Of a stretch of DNA of 64,000 nt, positions 17,902 to 27,135 are shown in pieces. This stretch comes from a virus. The notes beneath the pieces are model-generated. The model ran no database searches. It had not been told where the DNA came from and was given only the letters and a program-made list of their open reading frames with translations. The position numbers and the translations under genes were made by a program. The stretch's first letter is position 1; every line of letters begins with the position of its first letter. The stretch lies in IMG/VR virus record IMGVR_UViG_3300045120_000051, positions 5,981 to 69,980 of that record, one strand, 5' to 3'.

Positions 17902-18590
17902 GTTCCGGCCACACTCACAAGTCCAAGCGCACGGCGGCAGAGTTGGACGCCCTGCTGGACAATGCGCTGGCGGAACCGAAGATCAAGGCGCGGTGGGCGC
18001 GACCGTATAAGTTAGACCGAGGGCATGACATTCCATTGCTGGGGTCGTCCTCGATTGGGGGCAAGACGGTTTATTTGAGCCGCAATTTGCCAGCGTATCT
18101 TCAGATTGATGGCAAGCGGGTTGAGACTGCGCCTCCCCTCATTCGCCACGAGCGCATTGAGCAGGCTTGCGAGGACGAGTTGGGCTACGGCTACGAATTG
18201 TCCCATGAGATTGCCACGCGGTGGGAGCATCGATGGTTGACCGAGCGCAAGATTGATCCGGCCGAGTACGAGGCGGCCTTGGCCCCCTACATTCGGCGCG
18301 ATGAGAGTGAGAAGCTGGAGAAGGTGCCAACGGACCTGGACCTCCGCCCCGAGCTAGCGCCGCCCAAAGACACCGCCATGCTGGCCCGCATTCGTGCAGC
18401 GCAGGCCAAGGACAAGGCGCCTCAAGCCGTGGTAGACTACGTGGACAAGTCGCAGTCGAGCCGCCGTTGTGGCTTGTGTTCCATGTACGTCTATCCGGCC
18501 TATGGCGGACCCGGCTGCACTCTGGTAAAAGACCCGATCAATCCACATGGATATTGCAAGAGGTTCAAAGCAGGAGAGTTGGGCGCATGA
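17898..18590 (+). CDS. HExxE-motif protein with C-terminal HiPIP-like 4-Cys domain
   Basis: RHERIE...H..A...EH; Y...CGLCSMY...CTLVKDPINPHGYCKRF. Confidence 0.65.
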   Translation: MSSGHTHKSKRTAAELDALLDNALAEPKIKARWARPYKLDRGHDIPLLGSSSIGGKTVYLSRNLPAYLQIDGKRVETAPPLIRHERIEQACEDELGYGYELSHEIATRWEHRWLTERKIDPAEYEAALAPYIRRDESEKLEKVPTDLDLRPELAPPKDTAMLARIRAAQAKDKAPQAVVDYVDKSQSSRRCGLCSMYVYPAYGGPGCTLVKDPINPHGYCKRFKAGELGA

Positions 18591-18763
18591 CTAAACGTGA
18601 ACTTTGGAAGCTATATGAGGCGCTTGAGCGCATCGAGGCAAAGTTGTCGCGCGCCCATGTTGGAACTTTCTGGGATGGTGAATTTGTCTCAAAGGAGGGA
18701 GTTGGGTTTCTGCGACGGGCCGTCCTTGATGCTGCCGAAGATCGGGTACTAGCCGATGCCTGA
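18587..18763 (+). CDS. Hypothetical protein
   Basis: ATGA overlap, RBS. Confidence 0.5.
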   Translation: MTKRELWKLYEALERIEAKLSRAHVGTFWDGEFVSKEGVGFLRRAVLDAAEDRVLADA

Positions 18764-18795
18764 AACACCCGTCCAGTCAGACCTAGGAGAACTCG

Positions 18796-19023
18796 GTGGC
18801 TAAGCGCCCATCTTTGAAGGACTACTGCGGGGACATCTTGCCTGCATTCTGGGAAATGGATTGCGTGGTAGAAGTGAAAGACGGGAAGATTTTGGCTAAG
18901 GGAAACGGCAAGGAAATAGTGATTTTGACTGAGGATGAACTTAAAAGAGGGAGATTGGTGAAGATTTTGGATGAGCGCATACAAGAGTGTAAAAGACAAT
19001 TCAAGGTGATCCACCGTGCCTGA
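18796..19023 (+). CDS. Hypothetical AT-richer inserted gene
   Basis: RBS AGGAG; lies between 32-bp imperfect direct repeats. Confidence 0.55.
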   Translation: MAKRPSLKDYCGDILPAFWEMDCVVEVKDGKILAKGNGKEIVILTEDELKRGRLVKILDERIQECKRQFKVIHRA

Positions 19024-19291
19024 AACACCTGTTCAATCAGACCTAGGCCGCGCCGTCAGCCACGATCCTAACCAGGACTGGCCCGACAAGATCGAGATTG
19101 CGGCCTATTGGGGCAAGCGCAAACGCTGGATTGCGATTGACGCCGACCAGTTTTTCGGGCGCAACACGCATGGGGCTCCGATGTCGGGGGAGCAGTTGAT
19201 TGCGGCGGTCGATCGGCTGCGTCGGATGGGGCCGGACCCTGTAGAGCGGTCGTTCGCTGAGATCCGGGATGAGGCCAAGGGCAAGAAATGA
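19016..19291 (+). CDS. Hypothetical protein
   Basis: ATGA-coupled to portal gene. Confidence 0.6.
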   Translation: MPETPVQSDLGRAVSHDPNQDWPDKIEIAAYWGKRKRWIAIDADQFFGRNTHGAPMSGEQLIAAVDRLRRMGPDPVERSFAEIRDEAKGKK

Positions 19292-21633
19292 CCATGCCGG
19301 CATCTGAGGGCCTGCAAGTCGTTATCCAGGCCGACGACAAGGATGCCGTGCGCGTTGACCCGGTGACGGGCACCATTGAGACGGACACGGATGACGGCGG
19401 CGTGGTAGTCCAACTAGACGCCCACCGCGCCAGTGAAGGCGCAGATGCCGATGATCCCGAGGAATTCTACAAGAACCTAGCCCTTGAGCCGGACATGGCG
19501 TCTCGGCTCAGCATCATCGCGGATGACCTCTACCAGTCCATATCGGCTGACAATGACAGCCGTGGCAACATGGATGCCATCGAGGCCCGCGGCCTTGAGT
19601 TGATGGGGATCAAACTACAGGAACCAAATTCCGGCGTTGGCGATACCTCGGCCCCACTGGAAGGCATGTCGAGTGTCACCAACCCACTGCTGTTGGATGC
19701 CTGCTTGCGGAGTTGGGCCAACGCAGTGGGGGAACTGTTGCCGGCCAATGGGCCCGTGAAGGTCAAGGACGACGGGGAGGAAACCAACGCCGAGGATGAT
19801 CTGGCCGACGCTCTTGAGCGGGACTTCAATCATTGGTTCACGGTTTCGGCCCCGGAGTATTATCCCGACACGTCGCACATGCTGTTGTGGGGCACGCACT
19901 TCAAGGGCTCCGGCTTCAAGAAGATTTACCGCTGTCCGTTACTGCGGCGCCCGACCTCCAAGCAGGTATCCAGCAAGGACTTAATCGTCAGTGATACTGA
20001 GACGGATTTGAAATCCTGCGCCCGCATCACGCATAGTATCAGAATGCGACCATCCGTGATGAAGCGGATGCAAATGATTGAAGCATATAGGGATATTCCA
20101 CTCGCCCAGCCGACGCCCACGCCGAATGCGGTGGACGAGAAGATTGCCGGCATCCAAGGGACGGCACCGAATAACACAAGACCAGAGGACCAGCCCTACA
20201 CGCTTTGGGAGAGCCAATGCGAGTTGGATTTGGATGAATATGCTCCTGACGAGTTCAAGGGGAAGGGCATCCCACTTCCGTATCTGGTGACGCTGGACAA
20301 GGACAGCCGCGAGGTCTTGGCGATCCGCAGGGATTGGCAGATTGGCGATGACCAGTGCAATCGACGCCGGATGTACGTCAGGTATCCATACGTTCCTGGC
20401 CCAGGCTTTTACGGCACTGGCCTATTGGGCATTTTGGGCAATTCCACTGCGGCGATGACGGCGGCGTGGCGTGAGGCGCTAGACGCCGGGATGTTTGCCT
20501 CGTTCCCCGGTGGGCTCATGGCCAAACTGGGGACACGGCAGAATACCAGCAATTTCCGTGTTGCACCGGGCGAGTTTGCGGCTGTCGAGACTTCGGGCTT
20601 GCCGATCAATCAAGTCGTGATGGGGATGCCCTACCACGACGTGACGCCCGGCTTGATGGCGCTGATGGACAAGATCACGGCACAGGCTGAGAAGGTCGGC
20701 GGTGCCGCGAATACGCCAACGGCAGAGGGTGTGGCGAATACGCCGGTCGGCACAATGCTGGCGCAGATCGAGCAGGCGACCAAGGTGATGTCGGCCGCTC
20801 ACAAGGGCATGCATCAGGCGCAGAGCGAGGAAATCGAGCTAATCGCTGAACTGTTCCGGGAGAGCCCCGAGGACTTCTGGCGCGCTAACAAAGTTGCTCC
20901 GAAAGACTACTGGAACGAACAAAAGTTCATTCAGGCACTGAACGACTGCAATCTTGTTCCGGTGTCCGACCCGAATGTGCCGAGCCACATCCACCGCGTG
21001 ATGAAGGCGGTAGCGTTGGTTCAGTTGATGGCAGTCCCACAGTTTGCCACGCGCCTTGACCCGAAAGAAGTTCTGCTGCGTGTGCTGCGGGCGATGAAAG
21101 AGGACAGCGTTGGGCTAGTGGTCGATCCTCCGCCGAATGCTGGGACAGACCCGAAGGAGATAGAAGCCCAATCCAAGATCATTGTGGCGAAGACCAAGGA
21201 GAACGAGGCGAAGGCCAAACTGGCAATGCAGCCACAAGAACTGGCTGCTAAGCAGGAAGAATTCCAGACCAAGCGGGATCTTGCCACGGTGGACCTTGCG
21301 CGTGAGAAAATAATCCACCAGTCTGATGCCACGCAAGCGGCGGCCAAGATGGCGATGGCCGACCGTGAGCACCAGTTAAAGTCCACCGATCAGGCATTGA
21401 CCGCAGTTAAGACCATCTCGGATGTCTCTAAGGCCGCGCATGACAAGACCATCGGAGTAGCGCAGCATGGGCTTGCTACGGACCAAGCGCAGCACGGTCA
21501 GGCGATGGACGTTGCGAAGCACGGTCTGGACCTCGGACAGGCGGCGCATGATAGGACGATGGCCGAGAAGCAGCACGAGCTAGACAAATACGTTGCCAAG
21601 CATCCTCCGAAGCCTGCGAAGCCCAAGAAATGA
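19288..21633 (+). CDS. Portal protein (P22/podovirus-like, long helical C-terminus)
   Basis: 781 aa after terL; ELLPA.GPVK, G.GFKK.Y, Y.Y.PG.GFYG.GL, PVGT.LA.IE motifs. Confidence 0.88.
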   Translation: MTMPASEGLQVVIQADDKDAVRVDPVTGTIETDTDDGGVVVQLDAHRASEGADADDPEEFYKNLALEPDMASRLSIIADDLYQSISADNDSRGNMDAIEARGLELMGIKLQEPNSGVGDTSAPLEGMSSVTNPLLLDACLRSWANAVGELLPANGPVKVKDDGEETNAEDDLADALERDFNHWFTVSAPEYYPDTSHMLLWGTHFKGSGFKKIYRCPLLRRPTSKQVSSKDLIVSDTETDLKSCARITHSIRMRPSVMKRMQMIEAYRDIPLAQPTPTPNAVDEKIAGIQGTAPNNTRPEDQPYTLWESQCELDLDEYAPDEFKGKGIPLPYLVTLDKDSREVLAIRRDWQIGDDQCNRRRMYVRYPYVPGPGFYGTGLLGILGNSTAAMTAAWREALDAGMFASFPGGLMAKLGTRQNTSNFRVAPGEFAAVETSGLPINQVVMGMPYHDVTPGLMALMDKITAQAEKVGGAANTPTAEGVANTPVGTMLAQIEQATKVMSAAHKGMHQAQSEEIELIAELFRESPEDFWRANKVAPKDYWNEQKFIQALNDCNLVPVSDPNVPSHIHRVMKAVALVQLMAVPQFATRLDPKEVLLRVLRAMKEDSVGLVVDPPPNAGTDPKEIEAQSKIIVAKTKENEAKAKLAMQPQELAAKQEEFQTKRDLATVDLAREKIIHQSDATQAAAKMAMADREHQLKSTDQALTAVKTISDVSKAAHDKTIGVAQHGLATDQAQHGQAMDVAKHGLDLGQAAHDRTMAEKQHELDKYVAKHPPKPAKPKK

Positions 21634-21998
21634 CGTTTGACGAAAAGACACTGACTGAGGTGATTGAGGGTCGGTATCCTGTCGGCGCGCCAACGGACTG
21701 GTATCGTTCCGTGACGGGAGAGCCGTATGTTGAAATTGGATTGCAAGCAGACGGTAAGCCATCCGTGCCGGGGACGGTCGATGAAGACAAGGCGCGGGAA
21801 GTGGCATTTGATAGCGAGACGGCGTACTGGTCTGCGCTGTCCAGTTTTGAGTCCTACGCCGAAGATCGAAAGGGCGTGCTATACTGGCGTGTGAAGCCGC
21901 GTCTGGAGTGGAGTGATGACAAGTCGCGATGCATGTTCTACATGCGTCTTCTGATTTCCGAGACACTGCCTGACCCCAAGTTCGCAGTCTGCCCATAG
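21630..21998 (+). CDS. Hypothetical protein
   Basis: ATGA overlap. Confidence 0.6.
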   Translation: MTFDEKTLTEVIEGRYPVGAPTDWYRSVTGEPYVEIGLQADGKPSVPGTVDEDKAREVAFDSETAYWSALSSFESYAEDRKGVLYWRVKPRLEWSDDKSRCMFYMRLLISETLPDPKFAVCP

Positions 21999-22007
21999 GA
22001 GGCAACA

Positions 22008-22649
22008 TTGGCCCACCCCTACAATAGCGTTCGTCAGTCTCGCGTCGAGCATAGCCGCGCCGGTACTCTCACCAAGGGCTACGCATCCGGCGGTGCCGTG
22101 GTCGAGCGCGCCCGCGGTGGTCGAACGAAGGGCACAAACGTCAACGTGATTATCTCGCCGTCCGCCGGACAGGCTGCGCCCCCTCCACCCATGCCCATGG
22201 CTGGCCCCGTAGCCGCCCCTCCAATGCCCCCGCCGAGGCCGCCCATGGCCCCGCCGCCTGGGGTTGGCATGGTGCCCCCCGGTGGGCCTCCGATGCCTCC
22301 TGGCGGCCCTATCCGCAGCACGGGTGGCAGGACGGGCTACAAGAGCGGTGGAGTGGTTCCTGGTCCAGCCTGGAAGGAAGGGCTGCGTAATGGGACGCAG
22401 GTAACTCATGGCCCCGGCAAGATGGATGGAAAGGATATTGGCCGTCCCCGCGCGATAACCTACGCCAAGGGTGGTTCTGTTGATGCTCCGCAACGGGAGG
22501 AAGCAAATCAGCCAAGGCGAGCCACGGGCGGTGCTGTCGAGCACCCCATGAAGGGTGGCCGAGCGCCGCATCTGCCCGGTGGGGCGGGCGGTGGTCTTGC
22601 ACGGATTGCCAAGCAGCACCGCGGCAAGGTGGGAGGCAAGGCGATCTGA
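22008..22649 (+). CDS. Pro-rich basic protein with repeated xAxGGxV motifs
   Basis: YASGGAV, YKSGGVV, YAKGGSV, RATGGAV; RBS AGGAGG, TTG start. Confidence 0.75.
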   Translation: MAHPYNSVRQSRVEHSRAGTLTKGYASGGAVVERARGGRTKGTNVNVIISPSAGQAAPPPPMPMAGPVAAPPMPPPRPPMAPPPGVGMVPPGGPPMPPGGPIRSTGGRTGYKSGGVVPGPAWKEGLRNGTQVTHGPGKMDGKDIGRPRAITYAKGGSVDAPQREEANQPRRATGGAVEHPMKGGRAPHLPGGAGGGLARIAKQHRGKVGGKAI

Positions 22650-22819
22650 TGCCCGATACCGAAAACAAATGGCCTTTCACGGAAGTAGATCGTCGCGTTG
22701 ACGACGGCCCATATCTTATTGAAATAACTCAGGAGATTGGCGGATCAACTGTTCACGCTCAGTTCACCGTTGATCCAAGATGGCTCGCTGCCATTGAGGC
22801 ACCTGTCGATGACTGCTGA
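22649..22819 (+). CDS. Hypothetical 56-aa protein
   Basis: Hand translation MPDTENKWPF...; TGATG coupling. Confidence 0.4.
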   Translation: MPDTENKWPFTEVDRRVDDGPYLIEITQEIGGSTVHAQFTVDPRWLAAIEAPVDDC

Positions 22820-23036
22820 ATCCCCCGTCCGCATGTTTGCCCTAGACGACCACCGCACACCAAAGCGGCTGGCGGACAAGATGGCTGCGGAGCGTGACAA
22901 GGCCATCGAGGCGCTGCGGTTCGCGCAGGACTGGGCCGACTTCAAGCGGCGTTCAGGGTTTATCGCTGGCCTGGAGGCGGCTATCGCTACCTGCAATGAG
23001 ATCAACGAAGAACTATCCGGCAAACAGGGGAGATAA
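22809..23036 (+). CDS. Hypothetical head-module protein
   Basis: Helical 75 aa ORF before GroES. Confidence 0.6.
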   Translation: MTAESPVRMFALDDHRTPKRLADKMAAERDKAIEALRFAQDWADFKRRSGFIAGLEAAIATCNEINEELSGKQGR

Positions 23037-23038
23037 AT

Positions 23039-23455
23039 TTGGCTCGATCCAATGTTATGGGCAAGATGCGGCTTATTGCCGAATCGACGCTTGATGCGAA
23101 GGCGGCTTTGCTCAAAGAATTAGGTGACCTGTCTGGCGTCGAGGTTTTGCATAGTCAGGTATTGGTCGCCACCCGCATTGCCAACGCCAAGACGGCAGGC
23201 GGGGTTTTCCTTCCCGACAGTGCCATCCGCGAAGATCAGTTTCAGGGCAGTATCGGGCTTGTCATTGCTATCGGTCCTGGCGCCTTTCGGGATGGTCCGA
23301 TTGCTGAATTCCACGGGATCAAACTCAAACTCCACGATTGGGTGATGTTCCGCCCCTCGGATGGCCTGCAATTGGCCATTCGCGAGGTTCCCTGCCGGTT
23401 GTTCGAGGATACCGGCATCAAGATGCGGGTTAAAGATCCAAGTTTGTTCTGGTGA
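23039..23455 (+). CDS. groES: GroES-like co-chaperonin
   Basis: KTAGG.FLPD...G.VIAIGP.A...D.V.F. Confidence 0.85.
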   Translation: MARSNVMGKMRLIAESTLDAKAALLKELGDLSGVEVLHSQVLVATRIANAKTAGGVFLPDSAIREDQFQGSIGLVIAIGPGAFRDGPIAEFHGIKLKLHDWVMFRPSDGLQLAIREVPCRLFEDTGIKMRVKDPSLFW

Positions 23456-23463
23456 GGTAGACC

Positions 23464-24471
23464 ATGGCTGACGACGAGGAAATCGCCGTAACAATCGAAC
23501 AGGAAACACCGGAAGCTGGTGCCGTCACGGTTGAAAAGACCGACGACAAGCAGGTAGCCGTTGATCCGGTAGCGGACCTCAAGGGTCAGTTCGAGACACT
23601 ACAGACACAGACTGCCAATGAACGGCAGCGCCGCGAGGCAGCGGAGCGCGCCCGTGCGTTTGCGGAGGAAAGGGCTACCCAGGCCGAGAGGCAGGCATCG
23701 CAAGCCCTTGGGCGGGCTGCTGAGAGCCAATACGACACCGTTTTATCGGGACTGGAGGCCGCGAAGGCAGAATCGGAGTCCGCAGAACGTGAGTATCAGG
23801 CGGCCTACGATGCCGGCGATGGCAAGGCGATGGCGGCGGCGCAGCGCAAGATGGCGCGAGCCGAAGCCAGGGCGGTTGAGTACGAAGGGGCCAAGAACAG
23901 CATCGAGGCCCGCGCCCGCCGATCCGATCAAGAGCAAACCGTAGAGAGGCGGACAGAGCCCACCGAGGCATCACAGGTTCAGCAACCATCGGACCCTGTT
24001 GAGGCGTATATCTCCCAGCGAACCGAGCCGACGCAAAAGTGGCTGCGCGAGCACAAGGAATGGATTTCGGACCCATCCAAGAATGCCAAGCTGACGGCTG
24101 CGCACTGGAATGCCGTTGGTGATGGTCTGGCGCCCGATACTCCGCAGTATTTCGAGCATGTGGAGAAGTTCATTGGGCTGCGGCAAGCGTCAAAATCTGG
24201 GAACGGGGCGGCGCGCAAGAGCGGCGGCCCTCCGGTTGCGCCAGTAGGGTCACCCAGCGGCGGCGGGGCGAATGGAGGGAGCAATACCGTGACATTGACG
24301 GCGGGCGAAGCGAGGGCGGCTACGGATGGCACGCTAACGTGGAACTATCCGGATCCGACCGGCAAAAACAGATGGAAGAAAGGGGACGCAATCGGCGTCC
24401 AGGAGTTCGCCCGGCGCAAGCAGGAAATGAAAAAGCAGGGGCTCTACGATAAGAGCCTGACCGAAGGATAA
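23464..24471 (+). CDS. Capsid scaffolding protein
   Basis: Acidic coiled coil; C-terminal VTLT..E...A...G...FAR.K; position in head module. Confidence 0.7.
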   Translation: MADDEEIAVTIEQETPEAGAVTVEKTDDKQVAVDPVADLKGQFETLQTQTANERQRREAAERARAFAEERATQAERQASQALGRAAESQYDTVLSGLEAAKAESESAEREYQAAYDAGDGKAMAAAQRKMARAEARAVEYEGAKNSIEARARRSDQEQTVERRTEPTEASQVQQPSDPVEAYISQRTEPTQKWLREHKEWISDPSKNAKLTAAHWNAVGDGLAPDTPQYFEHVEKFIGLRQASKSGNGAARKSGGPPVAPVGSPSGGGANGGSNTVTLTAGEARAATDGTLTWNYPDPTGKNRWKKGDAIGVQEFARRKQEMKKQGLYDKSLTEG

Positions 24472-24476
24472 TTGCC

Positions 24477-25136
24477 ATGATCGATGAACCAGATGGCTCT
24501 CCTGACGAGCCCATGATCCGCAAGCGTCCCGGCCGTCCACCCGGTTCAGCCAAGGCAGCGCCTGTGCCAAAGCGTGCCTATGCACGTCAGGCTACCCGGC
24601 AGGAACAGCCGCGTGACTTGGCCCGCGAGCCTGCGCGTGACGGTGTTGTGGTCCAAGGGCGCGACGGGGAAGTGCTATCGCGCAAAAACAAGGACGTTGG
24701 TGATCCGTTTTACGTCGATCCTCGCATAATTCCCAAGGGCTGGGATTATCAGTGGAATACCTACACAGTGCATGGGCAGATAGCTGTGGATGAGCAAGTC
24801 AATATGCACGCCAATGGTTGGCGTGCTGTCCCGGCGTCTCGTCATCCCGGCCTTTACGTTCCGGTAGGAGAACAGGGTGCGATCATCAAGAAGGGGCTTC
24901 GCCTTGAGGAGCGGCCGAAGGCGATGTCTGAAGAGGCTCGCCAGGAGGAGTACGCCAAGGCTTATGGGCGCATGCGTGATGCGACTGATTCACTCCGTCT
25001 GACATCCAAGCTGCCGCAGGGCATGGAAATCAGTAAGAAGTATCGCGGGACTGGTGGCGATGTGAGGATTAGCACCGACCGCTATAGTGATATTCCAGCC
25101 CCGTCGTACCAGCCGCCAGACGACAGTACGCCGTAG
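24477..25136 (+). CDS. Conserved head-module hypothetical protein
   Basis: IP.GWDYQW...GW..VPA..HP...I..GL.L.ERP motif; follows scaffold. Confidence 0.65.
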   Translation: MIDEPDGSPDEPMIRKRPGRPPGSAKAAPVPKRAYARQATRQEQPRDLAREPARDGVVVQGRDGEVLSRKNKDVGDPFYVDPRIIPKGWDYQWNTYTVHGQIAVDEQVNMHANGWRAVPASRHPGLYVPVGEQGAIIKKGLRLEERPKAMSEEARQEEYAKAYGRMRDATDSLRLTSKLPQGMEISKKYRGTGGDVRISTDRYSDIPAPSYQPPDDSTP

Positions 25137-25142
25137 GCCGTT

Positions 25143-26795
25143 GTGCCCAAACTCGTCATCAACATCATCACGCGCAACCGTCCCCACCTGATTGTGGAGA
25201 CGGTTGAGAATTTCTTGGCTCAGATGACGACCGCGGACTGCGGCCTCATGGTTTCTGTCGATGACGATGACGTAGCGACCATCAAAGCACTGGAGCCTTA
25301 CTGCGGGCGTCAACGGACCCACATTTCAATCCAGCCTCGCGAGGACGCTATTGGCGACAAGTGGTCCCGTAGTTTCCGTTCGTTTCCCGATGCCGGCGCG
25401 CACATGCTGGCCGCGGACTATGCGATCTGCAAGACCAAGGGCTTTGACAAGAAGATCATCGATGCAGTGGAGTTGCTGCCGGACAACATCGGGGTGATCG
25501 GCGGCAAGTTCTGCAATGCATCGTTTTCGGCGTTCCAGGTGGTGACGCGGGGGCTGGCGAGGCGCATGGGCTTCGTCTACCCGCCCTACTTTCCCTACTG
25601 GTTTGTTGATCATTGGGTTGACGATATCGCCCGGATGATCGGACGGCTGGTCTATGTGGACGTTGACATTGACGCCGTGTCTCGCAAGCCGCCGACGCAG
25701 GAAATGCGGGACTTGGTGTTTTGGTCTACGTTCTTTGATCTGTGCCGGGGGCGGCGGCACAAATGTGCTGAACGCATCCTTGATGATAGCGACACCAGGG
25801 TGTGGCTTAAGTCCATAATGGTCGGCAATTTCGAGATCACTGATGTCCGCTCCAAATGGATCAACGATTGCGTCCGTGCCAGTGCGGCTCATGTCGAGAA
25901 CGCCATTGGCGCTGGCCCTCCCGACGAACGCTATCTGCGCTCGCTGGACGCAGCCAAGGCCATGATCCCGGAACTTGTCCAGGAAATGAAGGATGCCGGC
26001 GAGGACGTGTCGGCATGGATACCGCGCATGACCACGAACGTATCGCCCATCCGCAAATCAACCGGACCTCAGATGAAAAAGATTTTGCTGTTTGTCCCAG
26101 CCTTTGGGCAGATGATGTCCTGCACCACGGTGTCAACCATTATCCAGTTGATGCAGGTTTTACCGTCCAAGGCCATCGCAGGAGGATTTGGGACGCTCTC
26201 CTACCCCGACATTGCCGAGATGAGGGACGCCGTGCTCTCCCGGTGGTACGACCACATGACGGACTACACGCATCTGCTATTTATCGATGCGGACATGGGC
26301 TTTGCCCCCGAATTGGTCCTGGACATGCTGTTGTTCGACCAGCCATTGGTCGGTGCGATCTACCGCAAGCGGATCGAGCCGCCGCAGTGGGCCGCCTCAG
26401 GGAGCGGAGGGCCTACGACAGCTAGGACGGGAGATTTTATTGAGGTCGATGGCCTCGGCATGGGTGTCTGCCTTATCCGCCGTGATGTGGTGACAACCAT
26501 GCTGGAAAAGATGCCAGAATTGTCTGACGACAAGATCGCCATGCTGTCGATCCGGGACCTCATGGACCCTGCGGCAACGCGGATTATTAGGGCATTTGAC
26601 CCGATTCAGGGTCCGTCTGGTCGTGTGTCGGAAGACCTCTCTTTCTGCCAGCGGTGGCGTGAGTGTGGTGGAACCGTTTGGGGTGCGATTGGGCATTCTG
26701 TTTCGCATGTTGGAATGTATGATTTTTGCGGGAGGTACGCGGATGTGGCAGATAAAGCCCCGATAGTGCCGCCCGCGTTGCAAGCTGCTGAGTGA
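25143..26795 (+). CDS. Double GT-A/GT2-like glycosyltransferase
   Basis: Domain 1: TRNRP, SVDDDD, WFVD.W. Domain 2: THLLFIDADM, G.G.CLIRRDV, SEDLSFC.RW..CGG. Confidence 0.85.
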   Translation: MPKLVINIITRNRPHLIVETVENFLAQMTTADCGLMVSVDDDDVATIKALEPYCGRQRTHISIQPREDAIGDKWSRSFRSFPDAGAHMLAADYAICKTKGFDKKIIDAVELLPDNIGVIGGKFCNASFSAFQVVTRGLARRMGFVYPPYFPYWFVDHWVDDIARMIGRLVYVDVDIDAVSRKPPTQEMRDLVFWSTFFDLCRGRRHKCAERILDDSDTRVWLKSIMVGNFEITDVRSKWINDCVRASAAHVENAIGAGPPDERYLRSLDAAKAMIPELVQEMKDAGEDVSAWIPRMTTNVSPIRKSTGPQMKKILLFVPAFGQMMSCTTVSTIIQLMQVLPSKAIAGGFGTLSYPDIAEMRDAVLSRWYDHMTDYTHLLFIDADMGFAPELVLDMLLFDQPLVGAIYRKRIEPPQWAASGSGGPTTARTGDFIEVDGLGMGVCLIRRDVVTTMLEKMPELSDDKIAMLSIRDLMDPAATRIIRAFDPIQGPSGRVSEDLSFCQRWRECGGTVWGAIGHSVSHVGMYDFCGRYADVADKAPIVPPALQAAE

Positions 26796-26815
26796 TGGTT
26801 TAGGATGTGATTTGC

Positions 26816-26875
26816 GGTAAGGCTCGCCTAGGTGGGGTCCGGCACGGTTGGGCGAGGCATGGTATGGCGAGGTTG
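26816..26875 (+). repeat. GGY-NN pentamer array 1 (12 units)
   Basis: ggtaa ggctc gccta ggtgg ggtcc ggcac ggttg ggcga ggcat ggtat ggcga ggttg. Confidence 0.9.
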
Positions 26876-26910
26876 CTTGACGTGACCTTGAATTGATGAT
26901 TGGCTATCCA

Positions 26911-27004
26911 AATCGCGGCGATCAACGCGATTCGAAACGCGGCACCATCGACAACTTCCCCGTCGTCCGGTGTCGCTGAAAAGTGACCCCTGATTCCGCG
27001 TTTC
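26911..27004 (+). ncRNA. Candidate structured RNA leader
   Basis: AATCGCG/CGCGATT hairpin; GAAACGCGG/CCGCGTTTC stem enclosing smaller hairpins. Confidence 0.4.
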
Positions 27005-27025
27005 CGGGCTTGATCGGCCGGGCGC

Positions 27026-27125
27026 GGGGGAGACCGTCTGCGGCGCGGCTTGGCATGTCATGGTGCGTGTCCGGTCGGGTAAGATTAGGCTTGGTATGGC
27101 AGGGTCTCCTTTCATCAAAAGGAGA
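27026..27125 (+). promoter_or_regulatory. GGY-NN array 2 (about 12 units) enclosed by a stem that competes with an RBS-sequestering hairpin
   Basis: GGAGACC (27029-35) pairs with GGTCTCC (27103-09); TCTCCTTT (27105-12) alternatively pairs with AAAGGAGA (27118-25). Confidence 0.7.
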
Positions 27126-27135
27126 GGACGATTAA

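Noticed and set aside
22170-22310. C-rich repeat-like DNA
   Set aside because: Explained by poly-Pro coding in ORF 22008.
27042-27102. Array 2 as a guide to PRKY in ORF 29394
   Set aside because: Only four consecutive dinucleotides (CC CG AA TA) match and the flanks mostly fail; compatible with chance.
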